From Malacoraja senta (Eukaryota), in NCBI GenBank assembly GCA_038087875.1, contig JAXLNO010000064.1, positions 1 to 64,000 of the forward strand: a stretch of DNA of 64,000 bases, given 5' to 3'. The notes beneath the pieces are model-generated. The model was not told the DNA's origin. It ran no database searches and worked only from the letters and a program-made list of their open reading frames with translations. Shown here piece after piece: positions 22,923 to 36,427 of this stretch. A program made the position numbers and the translations under genes. Each line of letters opens with the position of its first letter. The first letter of the stretch is position 1.

Positions 22923-24676
22923 TCCCCCACCCTAGACAGACACAAAATGCTGGAGTAACTCAGCGGGACAGGCAGCATCTTTGGATAGAAGGAATGGGCG
23001 ACATTTCAGATCGAGACCCTTCTTCAGACTACTCCAGCTTTTTGTCAGTCTGAAGAAGGATCTTGACCCGAAACATCACCCATTCCTTCTCTCCAAAGAT
23101 GCTGCCTGTCCCGCAGAGTTACTCCAGCATTTTGTGTCTATCTTCGATGTAATCCAGCATCTGCAGTTCCTTCCGACACACCTGCCCTATCCAGTATGAA
23201 TAGGAATGGGTTAAATGTGGGCAAATGGGAGTAGCCAAGAACACCAACTTGGTTGGCATGGACAAGTTGGTCGAGGGGTCTGTTTCTGTGCTGCATAACA
23301 ACGTCTAAAATAGAGCATGACGTTTGCACAATAGAATTTGATAAAATAATACAACATATTTTGGCTCTCCACTACCCCTAATGTCCTCTTCGTGAACGCA
23401 TTGTGCGGTGTCAAGAGGTCACAAGAGGAGATAGACAAGCAAGAAGAATGGACAAAGATACGGCAGATGGACATTTGGACAGATGAATGAATAGGAAGAA
23501 TTTAGAGGGAAATGGGCCAAATGGGAATAGTCAAGAATACCAACTTGGTTGAAATGGACAAGTTGGGCTGTTTCTGTTCTGTATAGCTCGATGACTCAAT
23601 GGTCTCTAATGCCTTTGGACTAGACTCAGCCGTCTAGACCAAAGCTCCGTGAGTTTAAAACACCTTTTCCAGAGAACAAAGCAGCTCATTTGCTAACGAG
23701 TGCTTGCTTACAGCTGTGCCTCTTGAGTCGACTCAACAATCATCCTTGTGAACCGTTTATGACACTGCGCATGAAATAATGAACAACATTCAAATCGGAA
23801 CATGACGTTTGCACGATAGGATTTGGTAAAAGAATCCAAGTATTTTGGCCCTTCACTACGCTTTCTGTGAAGGCATTGCAGACTGTGAAGAGGGTACAAC
23901 AAGGCCACAAGAGGAAAAGGACAGATGAGAGGAATGGACAAAGACATGGCTGATAGTGTGGGATGTGGAAGTATGTGAGGACCCTCATCTTAATGCAACT
24001 CAAAGCGTTTTTTAAACAATGAGAGATTGTAGGGAATCGAGAACCAGAAGGCAAAGGTTTAAATGTAGGGGGAAAGATTTTATAGGAATCTGAGAGGTAA
24101 CCTTTTCACGCAAAGGGTGGTGGATGTATGGCTGCCGGGGGAGGTAGTTGATCTCAACATTTAAGAAGCAATTAGATAGGTGCATGGATAGGACAGGTTT
24201 AGAGGGATATGGACCAAATGCAGGCAGGTGGGACTAGTGTTGATGGGTCTTCAAGTCAAGTCAAGAGTCAAGTCTATGAAGCCTATAGGTAAATCCGGCC
24301 CTGCTGAGGCCGCCCCTAGATCTCGAGGCCCTAATCTTAAGCTTGTGAAGCTTATACGTAAATCCGGCCCTGGCTCAGGCGCTGATGCGTGATTAGATGA
24401 AGGAATGAGAATCAAGGGATGTAGGTGACTGCAACAAAGTGGGGATGAGGATAAGGATCAGCGGCAGAGTTGCTGCCTCACAGTGCGTGAGACCCGGGTT
24501 CAATCCTGACTACGGCGACAGTCTGTGCAGAGTTTGCACGTTCTCCCCATGACCTCATGGGTTTTCTCCAGGTGCTTCGGTTCCCCCCCACACTCCAAAG
24601 ACGTACAGGTTTGCAGGTTAATTTGCTTGGAATTAAAAATTGTAAATTGTCCCCAGTGTGTAGGATAGTGCTAATG

Positions 24677-24677
24677 T

Positions 24678-24709
<32 letters not shown>

Positions 24710-24741
24710 GCACGCACGCACGCACGCACGCATGCACGCAC

Positions 24742-24794
<53 letters not shown>

Positions 24795-24838
24795 TATACA
24801 GACACACACACACACACACACATATACAGACACACACG

Positions 24839-24936
<98 letters not shown>

Positions 24937-24938
24937 CA

Positions 24939-24982
<44 letters not shown>

Positions 24983-25004
24983 GACACACACGCACACACA
25001 CACA
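24677..25004. repeat. Compound (CA)n/(CACG)n microsatellite
   Basis: About 330 bp of CA repeats at the end of an HE1-like SINE (24460-24676). Confidence 1.
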
Positions 25005-26315
25005 TATGTGCCAGGGATCAGGCGCCTTTGATCATGAGCAGAAACTGGCAGTTATTAATACCTGCCACCCATTTCCCAGCAGTGAATATTCCACCCAGTG
25101 TGGGTCGGACAAGGGGCTGCTCGAGATCCTGGCATGGACCGTTGTGTAATTAGGGAAAGCCTAAAATAAGTTCTACAATTGTTGATTTAGAATCTGTGTG
25201 CTGGGAAAGCACAAGAATGTGCAATGTTGAATGCTGAAATCAGCGTACTTAGTGAAGCGAAATGGCCGTTAATGATCATTTCTGGCTAATTCCACTCTAG
25301 GTTTTGAATCGGTGTCAATTGTCTATTCAAAGACCCTCTGTAACATGCAGAGCAATCAGTAAGTTCGGAATGTGTCTCCTTTCATGGCCGGGCCCAAGAG
25401 CTATGTGCTTCTAAGGGAGAATTGGAACGCATTCAAAAATTGCCCTGAAGTTTCAAAGCACAGCTGTGAAAACACTATTATATCCAAAGCCACTGCAGCA
25501 TTCATGTTTGCATTCCTCTCCGCCACTGGGTAAACTGGAGGTGTTGCAATGAGGACAAGCATTAGTTTGTAGACACGAGGAACTGTAGATGCTAGTTTAC
25601 ATAAAAAGATACAGAGTGCTGAAGTAACTCAGCGGTTCAGGCAGCATCTCCACTATTAAGGCGGCACAGTGGTGCAGCAGTAGAGTTGCTGCCTTACAGT
25701 GCCAGGGAGCCGGGTTTGATCCTGACTACGGGTGCTGGCTCTACGGAATCTTTCCGTTCTCCTTGTGATTGCATAGGTTTTCTCCGGGTGCTTCGGTTTC
25801 CACCCACATTCCAAAGACCTGTAGGTTTGTTGGTTAATTGGCTTTGGTAGAGCTAATAATAATAATAATGCATTTTATTTGCTGGCGCCTTTCTGGACAC
25901 CCAAGGACACCTTACAGGACATAAAATCACAATACATTTATCAATATTAAATCTAGTTGATTAAAAAGTTGGGTAACCACTGATCGCTGTGGACTCGATG
26001 GGCCGAAGGGCCTTTTTCCACACTATCGCTCTAAAATGTAAAACATGAATAGGTGACATTTCGGGACAGGACCCTTTTTTGGAACAAGCATTAGTTTGTT
26101 GTTCAGTGTAAAACTTTGACAAAGGGCCAAAGTTTAGCACAGAGGCATTGACATGGAGACTGGAGACCAGGTAATCCAAGTGGTAACTTACAAAAACTGT
26201 GAGTTTAAAGGATGCGGATGAGTTGAATAGAAGTTGTACGAGCAGTCTTCAATTTTAGAACAAGTGACCTCGAGACCGGGGTTCATTCTCGTTGGGAATT
26301 GAAATTATTGAAATG

Positions 26316-26606
26316 GGCAGCACGATGGCACTGCGGTAGAGTTGCTGCCTTACGGCATCAGAGACCCAGGTTCGATCCTGACTCCGGGTTCTTGTCTGTA
26401 CGGAGTTTGTACGTTCTCCCCGTGACCTACGTGAGTTTTCTCCAGGATCTCCAGTTTCCCCCCACACTGCAAAGACTTATAGGTTTGTACAGTAGCTTAA
26501 TTGGCTTGGTAAAATTGTAAATTGCCCCTGTGTAGGATCGCTGGTCAGCACGGACTTGAAAGGTCGAAGGGCCTGTTTCTGCGCTGTATCTCTAAACTAA
26601 ACTAAA
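26316..26606 (+). mobile_element. HE1-like SINE
   Basis: Head, GGTTCGATCC B box, core and (CTAAA)n tail. Confidence 0.85.
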
Positions 26607-27049
26607 TTGAACTGAGATTCAGAATTAAAAAATCTCTTCTCCATGACCAAATATAATTGGATTATAGATTGTTCCAAAATTGGCTCTGGGGGATGAAAAT
26701 GTGTCATCTTATCCAACCAGGCCCAAGTGAATCCAGTCCACAGAAAGCCTCAATGAAAACATTATTGTCGCATGTCACAAGTCCCAGTGAAATTCTTTGC
26801 TTGCATTCACACGGTATGCAAATGGCTGCCACATAAAGGGCGCCGATTGAAATAGCCCACAAAACCACTCTGCGTTTCAGGGAGTAGCTCCCAATAACTC
26901 CTTGCAGGGCAAGTATCGATGGGTAATAACTGTAGGCTCTGTGGGGTTGGGGCAATTCCACAATGTTTCTATCCTGGTAAAGAATGAGTTAAACAAAAAC
27001 GTATTGATTCAAATTCAGATTTAAATTCATTCGTTTTTTGTCTAGTTTA

Positions 27050-27460
27050 GTTTAGATTAGTTTATTATCACATGTACCGAGGTGCAGTGAAAAGTCTTTG
27101 TTGCGTGCTAATCAGCCAGTGGAAAGACAATACATGATTGCAATCGAGACGTCCACAGTGTACGGATACATGATGAAGGGAATAACATTTAATGCAAGAT
27201 AAAGTCCAGTAAAGCCCTATTAAAGATAGTCCAAGGGTCTCCAATGAGGTATATAGTAGCCCAGGGTCGCTCTCTAGTTGTCAATAGGATGGTTCAGTTG
27301 CTGATAAAAGCTCGGACGAAACTGTCCCTGAATCTAGAGGTGTGCGTTTTCGCACTTCTGTACCTCTTGGCTGATGGGAGTGGGGAAAGGGGAGAAAAGG
27401 GAGTGATTGGGGTGAGGATCATCCTTGATTATGCCGGTGGCCTTGCTAAGGCAGCGTGAA
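27050..27460 (-). mobile_element. Rex1/Babar-like LINE 3' fragment
   Basis: Reverse complement of the CLGKASSIIKD..RYRSAKTHTSRFRDSF region and GTGATAATAAAC tail. Confidence 0.75.
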
Positions 27461-27648
27461 GTTTTCGACAGACCAAGGCGTAATAAAATCACCAGTTGGG
27501 ATGAAGCTCACTGAGCGAGTAATACATACAATATGTACACCATTGAATGCCAAAACAGCAGAATAGTGCAACGATTGTAGTGTAACCTGAAGTGGTACAA
27601 AAGAAAATACTTTAGTGCAATCATGGAATAACTGCATGAGGTACAGTT

Positions 27649-28192
27649 AAGCCCCTGTCCCTCTTGGGCGACCTAATCCACGAGTTCTGGCGAGTTTGTC
27701 CTCGACTCATACTCGCAGCATGGTCGACACGAGGTGGTAGGAGGTCTTCGTAACTCTCCTGCATGCTCGAGAGTGGCCGCCGCGTACTCGAGGCCTCAGC
27801 TAGGTCGCGGCGTTTTTTTCAATATATTAAAAAATGCCCGCGAGTATAAAAAGGTCGCCATGGAAAAAATCAATAGATTTTTTACTCGTAGGTTCAGTCG
27901 TAGTAGGTCGGCATGTTAGTCGTAGGTAATCGAGGGTAGTCGAAGATGGTCGAAGGTAGTCGTAGATAGTCTTCATCATAGTCGAAGGGAGGTCGAAGGG
28001 AGGTGGAAGGAGGTCGTCTTCACTCTCCACTATTCGGCGTCCAATTTTCCCGAAGTTAGTCGTAGCTAGTCGTAGCTAGTCTTCAACATATTTGAAGGAG
28101 GTCTTCTACATAGCTGAAGGAGGTCTTCAACATGTCATTTTGTCAATCTCTTCTAAACTCGCCAATTAGGTCGCCCAAGTAGGACAGCCCCT
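27649..28192. mobile_element. MITE with CTGTCCCACTTGGGCGACC TIRs
   Basis: Inverted ends; interior with GTCGAAG/GTCGTAG repeats; close copy at 39270-39809. Confidence 0.8.
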
Positions 28193-28769
28193 ATAAGTGT
28201 AAGAGTGTATGGCAGCATCTTTGGGAAGGGAAAGAGGTGGTTGGTTCATGAAGCCCATATTCATGGGAGAAGAGCAGTTGGCACCATACCCTTTGGTATT
28301 AGGATAGCCTAGCAAATGGTCCATTCAGCCATAATGGCTTTGCACTCAGTCTTGTTCAAAGATGGAGCCCAAAGCTTTGGGAGAAATCCCTGTATAGAAA
28401 AATTGAGAGATTTGATAGAATTATAATGGGAACGGTGAATTTCAGTTACAATTTTTCCATGAAAATGAATTAGTTAACTAATTAATTGAAGCAGAAACCT
28501 TTGATTTTGAAAGCTTGAATATTGCATGAGAATGAGGCACTCAGAGGGGTAAGTCAACTGTAGATTATTATAAATGTAAGATAGACTCAAAATACTGGAG
28601 TTGAGTTCGAGTAGCATCTCTGGAGAAAAGGAAATAGCTGACGTTTTGGGTTGAGATCCTGCTTCAGACCAGCATCTGCAGTTCCTTACCACATACTATA
28701 GGTAAGACTGGGCCATTGGGAGAAGAATTTAGAATTACGTTTTCACATGGTCATTTATAAAACATTTTT

Positions 28770-29057
28770 TAACAGTGCGGAAACAGGCCCTTCGGCCCAC
28801 CGTGTCCGCGCCGACCAGCGATCCCCACACATTAACACTATGGGGACAATTTACATTTGTACCAAGCAAATTAACCTACAAACCTGTACTTCTTTGGAGT
28901 GTGGGAGGAAACCAAAGATCTTGGAGAAAACCCACGTGGTCACGGGGAGAACGTACAAACTCTGTGCAGACAGCACCCGTAGTCTGGATCGAACCTGGGT
29001 CTCCGGCGCTGTAAATGCTGTAAGGCAGCAACTCTACCGCTGGGCTACCATGCCACC
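28770..29057 (-). mobile_element. HE1-like SINE
   Basis: Reverse complement of the SINE consensus seen across the window. Confidence 0.85.
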
Positions 29058-29672
29058 ATTGTAGAAATTTGGCATTGACTCTTTGATTTAGGATGCTCTT
29101 CCTTGCTATAATAATGAATAATGCATTATCCTGTGTAACAAAATTCTTATCAAGCGTCTCACCTGCCTTGAAGATATCATTTAACAAAATGTTTTCTGGG
29201 AACAAGTCCATTTTATAAATAGAGGAATCGAGATAGTGTAATTTGTTAGCTAAGAAAATTGAAGGATCTGGATACAAGGCAGGTATGTGGAGTTAAGATA
29301 AATGGTTTAATGTGGATGTTGAGGTTACTCTCTCGGATTAGGGATGAGAAGCCAATGCTACATTGGCAGGTGATGTTCATCATCTTGTAAATAAATAAAT
29401 AAATCTCTACTAATCTCCAGGTCCTGTCGTGTCCCTTTGTTTCTTGAGAATCTCATGACTTTGAAACTATTCCCGATGATGTATCCCTTTAGATAAATCC
29501 GTTCAGGCATCAAGAGGATGGTTTTGAGACACAGCGTTCCTGTCAAAGTACAGCGTCAAAAGTCGTTCCTTTTTCAAATACGGGAATGGTACGTGGTGAT
29601 GAAAATTTAAATGTGACAGGCTTTGGCATTGGTATTAAAAAAAAACACAAAGTGAAGGAAGAACTGCATGAT

Positions 29673-29983
29673 GGGTGGCGCAGCGGTAGAATTGCTGCCT
29701 TGCAGCGCCAGAGACCCGAGTTCTATCCTGACCACTGTTGCTGTCTGTATGGAGTTTGTACGATCTCCCTGTGACCTGCGTGGGGTATTTCCGGGATCTC
29801 CGGTTTCCTCCCACACTCCAAAGACGTGCAGGTTTGTAGGCTAATTGGCTTCTGTAAATTGTCCCTAGTGTGTGTAGGATGGTGCTAGCGTGCGGGGATC
29901 GCTGATTGGCGCGGACTTGGTGGGGCCGACGGCCTGTTTCTGCGCTGTGTCTTTAAACTAAACACAACTAAACTAAACTAAAC
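29673..29983 (+). mobile_element. HE1-like SINE
   Basis: Head, core and (CTAAA)n tail. Confidence 0.85.
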
Positions 29984-30729
29984 TCAGTGGGTCAGGCAGC
30001 ATCTGTGGAGGGATCAGATAGATAACGTTCTGGGTCGGGGCCCTTCTTCAGTCTTCCCTCCACAGATTCTGCCTGACCCGCTGAATTCCTCCAGCATTTT
30101 GTGTTTTCCTCAAGTTTCCAGCAGTTTTTTGCATCACCATATAAAAGAGGCAGCTAGTTCATCTAAACTGAAGACGATACATTTGTTAACTAGGTACAAG
30201 AAAACATTGCCATTGGGTTAAATATGGGATGAGGAAATCTGCCAACGAGCTTACAAGGTAATTTCCAGTGAATATTGCACATCTACTTCACTTTCATCTG
30301 CTCGTTTAAATTAATAACTGGCGATTCCAAAGATTATGAACCCATCTCTGGATTTTTCAGAACACTCGTGACACTATGTTATAATTTAGCGACGTTGCAT
30401 TTAATGCTCCACCATTGCCAGTCACGGCTGGAGCTTCCAAGACACCATGGGGTTAGGAGGGTGGGGTAGATCAGCCATGGTTGAAAGGCATAGGAGACTT
30501 GATGGGCCGAGTGGCCTAATTCTGCTCCTGTCACGTGAACTTATGAACTTATGAACACCAAGCGCTGGAGGAGACTTCCCACACGTGCTGCCCTGGACCT
30601 TGTGATGTTATGGTCCACAGGTTTGGGAGATGCTCTCAAAGTGGACTTGGCGAGTACGTTTAGTGCATCTGTGAGGGTGAGGTCTGCGAGACCTTCACTC
30701 TTTGAACTACGATGAGTGTTTGTCGGCAC

Positions 30730-31172
30730 TGGGTTTGTACTCGCTGGAGTTTAGAAGAATGAGGGGGCACCTCATTGAAATGTACAGAATAGTGAAAGGC
30801 TTGGATAGCGTGGATTTGGAGAGGATGTTTCCACTAGTGGACTAGGGGTCGTAGCCTCAGAATAAAAGGACTAGGGGTCATAGCCTCAGAATAAAAGGAT
30901 GTTCTTTTAGGAAGGAGATGAGGAGAAAGTTATTTGGTCAGAGGGTGATGAATTTGTTGAATTCATTGCCACAGAAGGCTGTGGAGGACGTCAGTGGATA
31001 TTTTTAAGGTAGGGATAGATAGATTCTTGATTAGTACAGATGTCAGAGGTTATGGGGAGAAGGCAGGAGAATGTGGTTAGGAGGGAGAGATAGATCAGCC
31101 GTGATTGAATGGCGGAGTACACTTAATGGGCCGAATGGCCTAATTCTATTCCTATCACATGACCTTATGACC
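30730..31172 (+). mobile_element. CR1-clade LINE 3' fragment with a 29-bp internal tandem duplication (30841-30898)
   Basis: GLYSLEFRRMRGHLIEMYRIVKG; ACTAGGGGTC(G/A)TAGCCTCAGAATAAAAGG occurs twice. Confidence 0.85.
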
Positions 31173-32397
31173 TGATGCACTTATGTCCTGGCAACATCCT
31201 ATTAAATCTCTCTGCACTCTCTCCTACTTAACAACATCCTTTCTATTGCAGGGTGACCAAAACTGAACACAATACTCCAAATGTGGCCTCACCAACGTTT
31301 TGGTTAGTTCTCCATAAACTCAACCTTCTCCTACATCACACCCACTCTCGCTCTATTTGCTATAAAATCACTGCGATTCCACTGATGAACACATTGCATG
31401 TATGATATCATTTTGAAATAGTTTAGTTTAGTATAGTTTAGAGATACATCGTGGAAACAGTCCCTTCGGCCCACCATTTTACGTGCCGACCAACAATCGC
31501 CCCATACACTAGTTTTATCCGATATTCCAGGGACAATTTATAGAAGCGAATTTACCTGCAAGTCATTCGAGTGTGGGGAGAAACCAGAAGTCCCGGAGAA
31601 AACCCACATGGTCACAGGGAGAACAAACTCTGTACATGCTGCACCCTTACTCAGGATCGAACCCGGGTCTCTAGCGCTGTACTCTACCACTGCGTAGCAG
31701 ACACTCCCAGGTTAGATGTGAAGTCTTGTGAATCCAGCTGTGACAGTGGGGATTGATGGGAAGCGGTATTCCAAAACTAGGAAAGGGGAGAATTTCCCTG
31801 TGTTTGTATTGTTGACCGTTATTTAATTAGGTCCTGCTGTAAAATGATGGTGGGGGATTGGGTGGAGATTAAACTTTGCCCTCCCATTGAATAGCTCAGG
31901 GATCAAGAAGGATCCAGGCAAGACTCCATCGAATGGCCTCATGAAGAATGCACCAGCAGAGGAAGGGAAGTCAACTGAATGAAGCCAAACAAGGAATCAA
32001 TTACAGGTTTCTTGGCAACATTGTTAGTCATAGAGCCATAGAGAGAACCAGGCCATTTGGTCCACGCTGTCTGAACTGACCATTGACACAAATCCCACAT
32101 TTTTATAGTCCATTTTGGACCAAATTTGCTTTGTTGGAAGTGCAGTAAAATATTATCGCTGAATAGCCCAAAGACCTGCTTGACTATTGATGGAAGAGAG
32201 ACATTTAAATAATGTGACGTTATTCATCGGGAACTGTCGAAGTTTACATCATTGGTTACAATTTAATTCCAGTTATATGTTCTGAAATAACCCGGAAAAG
32301 TCTGATACTAAAAAAATAATAAACATAGATTATATTTGATTATATTTCAGCAAGTAGAGAGAAGGAAATGGATCGCGACGTAGGCAGCTTCATGTCA

Positions 32398-32695
32398 GGG
32401 CGGCACGGTGGCGCAGCGTTAGAGTTGCTGCCTTACAGCGCCAGAGGCCCAGTTCAATCCTGCTATCTGTACGGTGTTTGTACATTTTCCTGTAACTGCA
32501 TGGGTTTACTCCAGATGCTACGGTTTCCTCCAACACTCCAAAGACGTACAGGTTTGCAGGTTAATTAGCTTCTTGTAAATTGTAAATTGTCTATGGTGTG
32601 TCGGGTAGTTTGAGTGTAGGGGGTGATCACTGGTCGGCGCGGACTCAGTGGGCCAAAGTGTCTGTTTCCACATTGTATCTTTAAAGTCTAAAGTA
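32398..32695 (+). mobile_element. HE1-like SINE
   Basis: GGGCGGCACGGTGGCGCAGCG head, core and tail. Confidence 0.85.
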
Positions 32696-33172
32696 TAAAG
32701 GCAACTTCATGTCTCAAACTGTCCCTCCCTGCCGAGTTTGCAATAACCGGATACGTGTGTCTATTAGTCATACTGCACCTGCAGTTACTTAGCACAGAAG
32801 TCATTTTACTGCAGTTGCAGATGAAGTTTTAGTTGGTTAACTCTTTCGAGACTTGTTCTTCAGATAGCTGCCTGGATTAGTTGTTAATAGCTGCTGCCTG
32901 GGTTAACTGGTATTAGCTACAAGGAGAGGTTGGACAAACTTGGATTATTTTTTCTGGAATGCCAGAGGTTGAAGGGTGTGTAGATGTGGCATCTTGGTCT
33001 GAATGGACACGATTTGCCAAATGGCCTGTTTCTATAGATACGACTATGACATATTCATAGAAAGTCATAGAGTCATACAGCATGGAAACATTCCCTTCGG
33101 CCCAACTTGACCACATGTCCCAGCTACATTAGTCCCACCTGCCTGCGTTTGGATCATATCCCTCCATACCTG

Positions 33173-36100
33173 GCGGGGAGATTTGCAAAGGCTACTGGGG
33201 AGACTTTAAACTAGAACGGTTGGGGGGAGGGACTCAAATAGAGAAAGCTATTAGACAGTGTGTGAGGCAGGAGGCAGAGAAGGAAAGCACTCAGACCCAA
33301 CATGTAGGGGGGAAAGAAGAAAACAATAATAAACAGAGAATAAGAGGTGGTGGGGTTCTTAAATGGGTGAGCAGAGAAACAGAGGGGTGTAAAATGCGGG
33401 CGGAAGCAATAGGTAGCAAGGTGAAAAGTAAAAGTGGCAGGCAGACAAATCCAGGACAAAAATCAAAAAGGGCCGCTTTTCAACATAATTATAAAAGGGG
33501 TAAGAACGTTGTAAAAACAAGCCTGAAGGCTTTGTGTCTCAATGCAAGGAGCATTTGTAATAAGGTGGATGAGTTGAACGTGCAGATAGCTATTAATGAT
33601 TATGATATAGTTGGGATCACGGAGACATGGCTCCAGGGTGACCAAGGCTGGGAGCTGAACATCCAGGGATATTCAATATTCAGGAGGGATAGAGAGAAAG
33701 GAAAAGGAGGTGGGGTAGCGTTGCTGGTTAGAGAGGAGATTAACGCAGTGGAAAGGAAGGACATTAGCTTGGAGGATGTGGAATCGGTATGGGTAGAGCT
33801 GCGAAACACGAAGGGGCAGAAAACGCTGGTGGGTGTTGTGTACAGGCCACCTAACAGTAGTAGTGAAGTTGGGGATGGCATCAAACAGGAAATTAGAAAT
33901 GCGTGCAACAAAGGCAAAACAGTTATAATGGGTGACTTCAATCTACATATAGATTGGGTGAATCAAATTGGCAGGGGTGCTGAGGAAGAGGATTTCTTGG
34001 AATGTATGCGGGATAGTTATCTAAACCAACATGTAGAGGAACCAACGAGAGAGCAGGCTATTCTAGACTGGGTATTGAGTAATGAGGAAGGGTTAGTTAG
34101 CAGTCTTGTTGTGCGTGCCCCCTTGGGCAAGAGTGACCATAATATGGTTGAGTTCTTCATTAGGATGGAGAGTGACATTGTTAATTCAGAAACAATGGTT
34201 CTGAACTTAAAGAAAGGTAACTTTGAGGGTATGAGACGTGAATTGGCCAAGATTGACTGGCAATTAGTTCTAAAAGGGTTGACGGTGGATATGCAATGGA
34301 AGGCATTTAAAGACTGCATGGATGAACTACAAAAATTGTTCATCCCAGTTTGGCAAAAGAATAAATCAGGGAAGGTAGTGCATCCATGGATAACAAGGGA
34401 AATCAGGGATAGTATCAAAGCAAAAGATGATGCGTACAAATTAGCCAGAAAAAGCAGCATACCAGAGGACTGGGAGAAATTCAGAGACCTGGAGAGGAGG
34501 ACAAAGGGCTTAATTAGGAAAGGGAAAATAGATTATGAAAGAAAACTGGCAGGGAACATAAAAACTGACAGCAAAAGTTTTTATAGATATGTGAAGAGAA
34601 AGAGATTAGTTTAAACAAATGTAGGTCCCTTGCAGTCAGAAACAGGTGAATTGATCATGGGGAACAAGGATATGGCGGACCAATTGAATATCTACTTTGG
34701 TTCCGTCTTCACTAAGGAAGACATAAATAATCTGACGGAAATAGCAGGGGACCGCGGGTCAAAGGAGATGGAGGAACTGAGTGAAATCCAGGTTAGTCGG
34801 GAAGTGGTGTTGGGTAAATTGAATGGATTAAAGGCCGATAAATCACCAGGGCCAGATAGGCTGCATCCCAGAGTACTTAAGGAAGTAGCTCCAGAAATAG
34901 TGGATGCATTAGTGATAATTTTACAAAACTCTTTAGATTCTGGAGTAGTTCCTGAGGATTGGAGGGTAGCAAACGTAACCCCACTTTTTAAGAAGGGAGG
35001 GAGAGAGAAAACAGGGAATTACAGACCAGTTAGTCTAACATCGGTAGTCGAGAAACTGCTAGAGTCAGTTATTAAAGATGGGATAGCAGCACATTTGGAA
35101 AGTGGTGAAATCATTGGACAAAGTCAGCATGGATTTACGAAAGGTAAATCATGTCTGACGAATCTTATAGAATTTTTCGAGGATGTAACTAGTAGAGTGG
35201 ATAGGGGAGAACCAGTGGATGTGTTGTATCTGGACTTTCAGAAGGCTTTCGACAAGCTCCCACATAAGAGATTAATATACAAACTTAAAGCACACGGTAT
35301 TGGGGGTTCAGTATTGATGTGGATAGAGAACTGGCTGGCAAACAGGAAGCAAAGAGTAGGAGTAAACGGGTCCTTTTCACAATGGCAGGCAGTCACTAGT
35401 GGGGTACCACAAGGCTCAGTGCTGGGACCCCAGCTATTTACAATTTATATTAATGAGCTGGATGAGGGAATTGAAGGCAACATCTCCAAGTTTGCGGATG
35501 ACACTAAGCTGGGGGGCAGTGTTAGCTGTGAGGAGGATGCTAGGGGACTGCAAGGTGACTTGGATAAGCTGGGTGAGTGGGCAAATGTTTGGCAGATGCA
35601 GTATAATGTGGATAAATGTGAGGTTATCCACTTTGGTGGCAAAAACAGGAAAGCAGACTATTATCTAAATGGTGGCCGATTAGGAAAAGGGGAGATGCAG
35701 CGAGACCTGGGTGTCATGGTACACCAGTCATTGAAAGTAGGCATGCAGGTGCAGCAGGCAGTGAAGAAAGCGAATGGTATGTTAGCTTTCATAGCAAAAG
35801 GATTTGAGTATAGAAGCAGGGAGGTTCTACTGCAGTTGTACAGGGTCTTGGTGAGACCACACCTGGAGTATTGCGTACAGTTTTAGTCTCCAAATCTGAG
35901 GAAGGACATTATAGCCATAGAGGGAGTGCAGAGAAGGTTCACCAGACTGATTCCTGGGATGTCAGGACTTTCATATGAAGAAAGACTGGATAGACTCGGC
36001 TTATAATTGCTAGAATTTAGGAGATTCAGAGGGGATCTTACAGAAACTTACAAAATTCTTATGGGGTTGGACAGGCTAGATGCAGGAAGATTGTTCCAGA

Positions 36101-36427
36101 TGTTGGGGAAGTCCAGGACAAGGGGTCACAGCTTAAGGATAAGGGGGAAATCCTTTAAGACCGAGATGAGAAAAAACTTTTTCACACAGAGAGTGGTGAA
36201 TCTCTGGAACTCTCTGCCACAGAGGGTAGTTGAGGCCAGTTCATTGGCTATATTTAAGAGGGAGTTAGATGTGGCCCTTGTGGCTAAAGGGATCAGGGGG
36301 TATGGAGAGGGCAGGTACGGGATACTGAGTTGGATGATCAGCCATGATCATATTGAATGGCGGTGCTGGCTCGAAGGGCCGAATGGCCTACTCCTGCACC
36401 TATTTTCTATGTATCTATGTATCTATG
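33173..36427 (+). mobile_element. 5'-truncated CR1-clade (HER1-like) LINE
   Basis: ORF1 end (LAGRFAKATGETLN*), then ORF2, 3' UTR and (ATCTATGT)n tail. TACCTG at 33167-33172 and 36428-36433; inserted in an older minus-strand CR1 fragment. Confidence 0.95.
33220..36330 (+). pseudogene. CR1 ORF2 (APE endonuclease plus reverse transcriptase), inactivated
   Basis: APE motifs CLNARS, GITETW, GGGVAL, VYRPP, MGDFN, SDH; RT motifs YRPVSL, QHGF, DFQKAFD, GVPQGSVLGP, FADD. In-frame stops at 34612, 35884 and 36004. The true start codon is uncertain. Confidence 0.95.

Noticed and set aside
24290..24372. Two direct TAAATCCGGCCCTG motifs resembling hAT ends
   Set aside because: No inverted partner or TSD found; too short to call as an element.
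24478..25153. Long His/Thr and Cys/Val ORFs
   Set aside because: These are translations of the CA microsatellite.
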